From: Candidatus Micrarchaeota archaeon
GTDB taxonomy: Archaea; Micrarchaeota; Micrarchaeia; Norongarragalinales; UBA8480
DNA: 18,677 bases
Reading direction: 5' to 3'
Assembly (NCBI GenBank): GCA_043805855.1
Contig: JAZDHP010000066.1
Coordinates: 1 to 18,677 of the forward strand
The position numbers and the translations under genes were made by a program. Below are positions 16,772 to 18,677 of the stretch, piece after piece. The notes under the pieces are model-generated. The model had not been told where the DNA came from. It saw only the letters and a program-made list of their open reading frames with translations, and ran no database searches. Positions within the stretch are counted from its first letter, which is position 1, and each line of letters opens with the position of its first letter.

Positions 16772-17719
16772 TTACAGCCCCAATACCACTCCTGCCTTGG
16801 GAGCGAATACGTAAATGAGTGTTAGCACAGCCGCGAGTGCAACTGCGTACGTCGCAAAATCAACAAGTTCTACTTCGACAGCTTCCTTGCCTAACGGTCC
16901 ATTCTCTTTGTACAGCATGTAAGAAAAGGCAAGCATAATTGCCATTTCTATCCCAGTGAGAATAAAGAGAAACGGAATCAAATTGTCATAGATAAGCATA
17001 ACTGAGAGCATCGCGCCCATTGTCCCGGCCATCAAGCCGCCCATGAGGCCCTCCATGACGCCCATAACGCCACAACACTTGCCTGTGTAATAGCCTAAGC
17101 CCATTCCAATTGCTACTCCAACAAGGCTTCCAATGAACATTCCATTTGTTGCGCCGGCAAACGCGCCGAAGAGAAACCCAGCAGCCATTCCAAACGTCAT
17201 GCCGATCATCATTCCAGTCATGCACGTTGCCTTCTTGCGAAACGCCTCTGAGTGGAATACTCCGTTGAGAATAACTGGAATTGAAATCGCAGTCAATAAA
17301 AGAACGCTCCAATAAGATGAAATAAAGTTTGGAATATTTTTAAAAATAAGAAAGTAAAGTCCTATTTCCATGGCGATGATGAGAAAGAAAGAAATTATAG
17401 AATAGCCGAGAAGTCGGTGCTCTCCGCCGAATCCAGGTTTTCCTTGAATAACATTAGAAAGAAACGAGATCCCGCGAGCTAGTTTTCCTCCTTCAAATCC
17501 CTCTTCTGCAACTTGACCTGGAAGTAGGAGTTGATATCCCCTTTCCTTCAACTGAGATTGAATGATGGAAAGTTGCTCGGGGTTGCAATTCAACGTTACC
17601 GTGTTCGCAGTTGTATCAAGCGCTTTCACTTGCGCGCCATCGTTCTTTGAAACAATACGCTCAATCATTTTAGCGCATGAGTCGCAGTGCATTCCTTCAA
17701 CTGTTAATTGATATTCCAC
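16772..17719 (-). CDS. HMA domain fused to a ~7-TM Met/Gly/Cys-rich membrane domain
   Basis: VEGMHCDSC at the N-terminus. TM segments include CMTGMMIGMTFGM and CCGVMGVMEGLMGGLMAGTMGAM. GTG start with an AGGTGG RBS. Confidence 0.88.
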   Translation of the reverse strand: MEYQLTVEGMHCDSCAKMIERIVSKNDGAQVKALDTTANTVTLNCNPEQLSIIQSQLKERGYQLLLPGQVAEEGFEGGKLARGISFLSNVIQGKPGFGGEHRLLGYSIISFFLIIAMEIGLYFLIFKNIPNFISSYWSVLLLTAISIPVILNGVFHSEAFRKKATCMTGMMIGMTFGMAAGFLFGAFAGATNGMFIGSLVGVAIGMGLGYYTGKCCGVMGVMEGLMGGLMAGTMGAMLSVMLIYDNLIPFLFILTGIEMAIMLAFSYMLYKENGPLGKEAVEVELVDFATYAVALAAVLTLIYVFAPKAGVVLGL

Positions 17720-17759
17720 AACATTTCCACCTTTTTCAATAATTCTACTTTTCTATTCA

Positions 17760-17954
17760 TTATGCAATTTTATATCCTTCTGCGGTTACTGCTTTTTGTA
17801 CTGCTGAAAGTGCAGTTGCAGGCGCGTCGACGTCGATTGTTCCCTTTTTGTAATCGGCTTTTTTCACCTTGGCTCCAGGCACTGCATCTTCGATAGCTAT
17901 AGCTAGCAGCTTTTCACACGATTCGCAGTGCATTCCCTTTACTTTTATTATCAT
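17760..17954 (-). CDS. copZ: Copper chaperone (stand-alone HMA domain)
   Basis: 64 aa, VKGMHCESC...AEGYK; GAGGCG RBS. Confidence 0.9.
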   Translation of the reverse strand: MIIKVKGMHCESCEKLLAIAIEDAVPGAKVKKADYKKGTIDVDAPATALSAVQKAVTAEGYKIA

Positions 17955-17991
17955 ATTTGACGCCTCATTTCATTTTGTTTCATTTTTTGAT

Positions 17992-18396
17992 TCACTGAAC
18001 GATTAAAGTTCCTGGACCCCACATGCCCATACCGCACGTGTAAGTGTACGAACCTTTTTGAGTTGGAGTAAATTCAACTATCTGTTCGTTACCCGGAGAA
18101 GCATTCACCCGAACATTTAATCCCTGAATTACGAGCAGTTGTCCACAACCCACGCCTGGTTCTGTTGAAAAATGTAATCTCACTAGCGAACCAGATGAAA
18201 CGGTGATTAAATTTTTATCGTATGTTCCGTCAGCCTTTGCTTTAATGTAAATATCTTGCACACCTTGCCCCTGCTGGCCAGTAAGTGCGGTTCCCGAGTC
18301 GGGATTCTGGACTACATTTGACGTCGTCGCAAATGCAATCGCAATAAATCCAAATGCGATTGCGCTTACGAGTATCAAAAAAGTCAATGCTTTCAT
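17992..18396 (-). CDS. Secreted or anchored CupA-like cupredoxin
   Basis: Signal/anchor, GVGCG and VEFTPTQKGSYTYTCGMGM. Confidence 0.88.
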   Translation of the reverse strand: MKALTFLILVSAIAFGFIAIAFATTSNVVQNPDSGTALTGQQGQGVQDIYIKAKADGTYDKNLITVSSGSLVRLHFSTEPGVGCGQLLVIQGLNVRVNASPGNEQIVEFTPTQKGSYTYTCGMGMWGPGTLIVQ

Positions 18397-18472
18397 ATTA
18401 TTACTATATCTCTTTTTTGCCGTGTTTCTAATTTTCGCGGTAACAAGCCACTTGACTTGCAGTTATTGTGGT

Positions 18473-18574
18473 TGAAACAATATATATCGCTTCATGAAAC
18501 AATCAAGTAAATGTGTATCAATAAATGAAACGAACCAATAATTTCAAGAAACATCAAAATCAAAAATAGAAACA
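18473..18574. promoter_or_regulatory. Putative operator array (phased GAAAC motifs and TGAA..TTCA palindromes) over the copper-cluster TATA box
   Basis: GAAAC starts at 18474, 18496, 18527, 18548 and 18569. TGAA-N14-TTCA (18473-18494) encloses TATATAT. TGAAA-N11-TTTCA at 18526-18546. Confidence 0.6.
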
Positions 18575-18624
18575 TGCGATTCAATATAGGGTAAATTAAT
18601 AAAGGCCGGTTCCAACAAGCTTAT

Positions 18625-18677
18625 ATGAAAAAAATAGTTGACATTCCGCTTAAGAAAAGAGTTTTACTTTCCATATC
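18625..18677 (+). CDS. Possible 5' end of a divergent gene (truncated by the window edge)
   Basis: ATG18625 is open to the window end (MKKIVDIPLKKRVLLSI...). TTAATAAA at 18596-18603 is at leaderless-promoter distance. Confidence 0.4.
   Translation, partial: MKKIVDIPLKKRVLLSI

Noticed and set aside
16986..17312. 108-aa alternate-frame ORF inside the HMA-membrane gene
   Set aside because: A frame-shifted by-product of the Met/Gly codon repeats, with no RBS or motif.
18473..18574. CRISPR mini-array (repeats ending in GAAAC)
   Set aside because: Shared identity is only 5-9 nt and the period of 21-31 nt is far too short for repeat plus spacer. No cas genes in the window.

Overview
Archaeal chromosomal DNA, most likely from a compact DPANN-type lineage. 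The lineage is inferred from TATA/BRE-type promoters, (A)GGTG RBSs, archaeal RFC, pelota, NurA and HerA, and dense orphan genes. From left to right the window holds: the 3' end of a MetRS-C/Trbp111-type tRNA-binding domain; a 35-aa rubredoxin-like microprotein missed by the ORF track; an 8-Cys zinc-finger protein; rfcS flanked by basic orphans; a multi-HTH orphan; pelota; an accessory minus-strand block (TraB/TIKI-like protein, two small secreted proteins, a Fic protein) punctuated by hairpins and inverted repeats; a DUF112/TctA-like permease with a membrane-anchored OB-like protein; a nurA-herA-hsp20 operon without mre11/rad50; a HIT protein; a DUF4870-like protein; and a six-gene copper cluster. 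The copper cluster encodes two CupA-like cupredoxins, CopZ, an HMA domain fused to a Met/Gly-rich membrane domain, CopA and a protein with a duplicated MacB-like repeat, and sits behind an array of phased GAAAC motifs. The best candidates for undescribed biology are the copper cluster (especially the HMA-membrane fusion), a ~170-nt multi-hairpin intergenic element, and the IR-flanked Fic promoter. No rRNA, tRNA, CRISPR array or transposase was seen. All product calls come from motif recognition by eye, not database searches.
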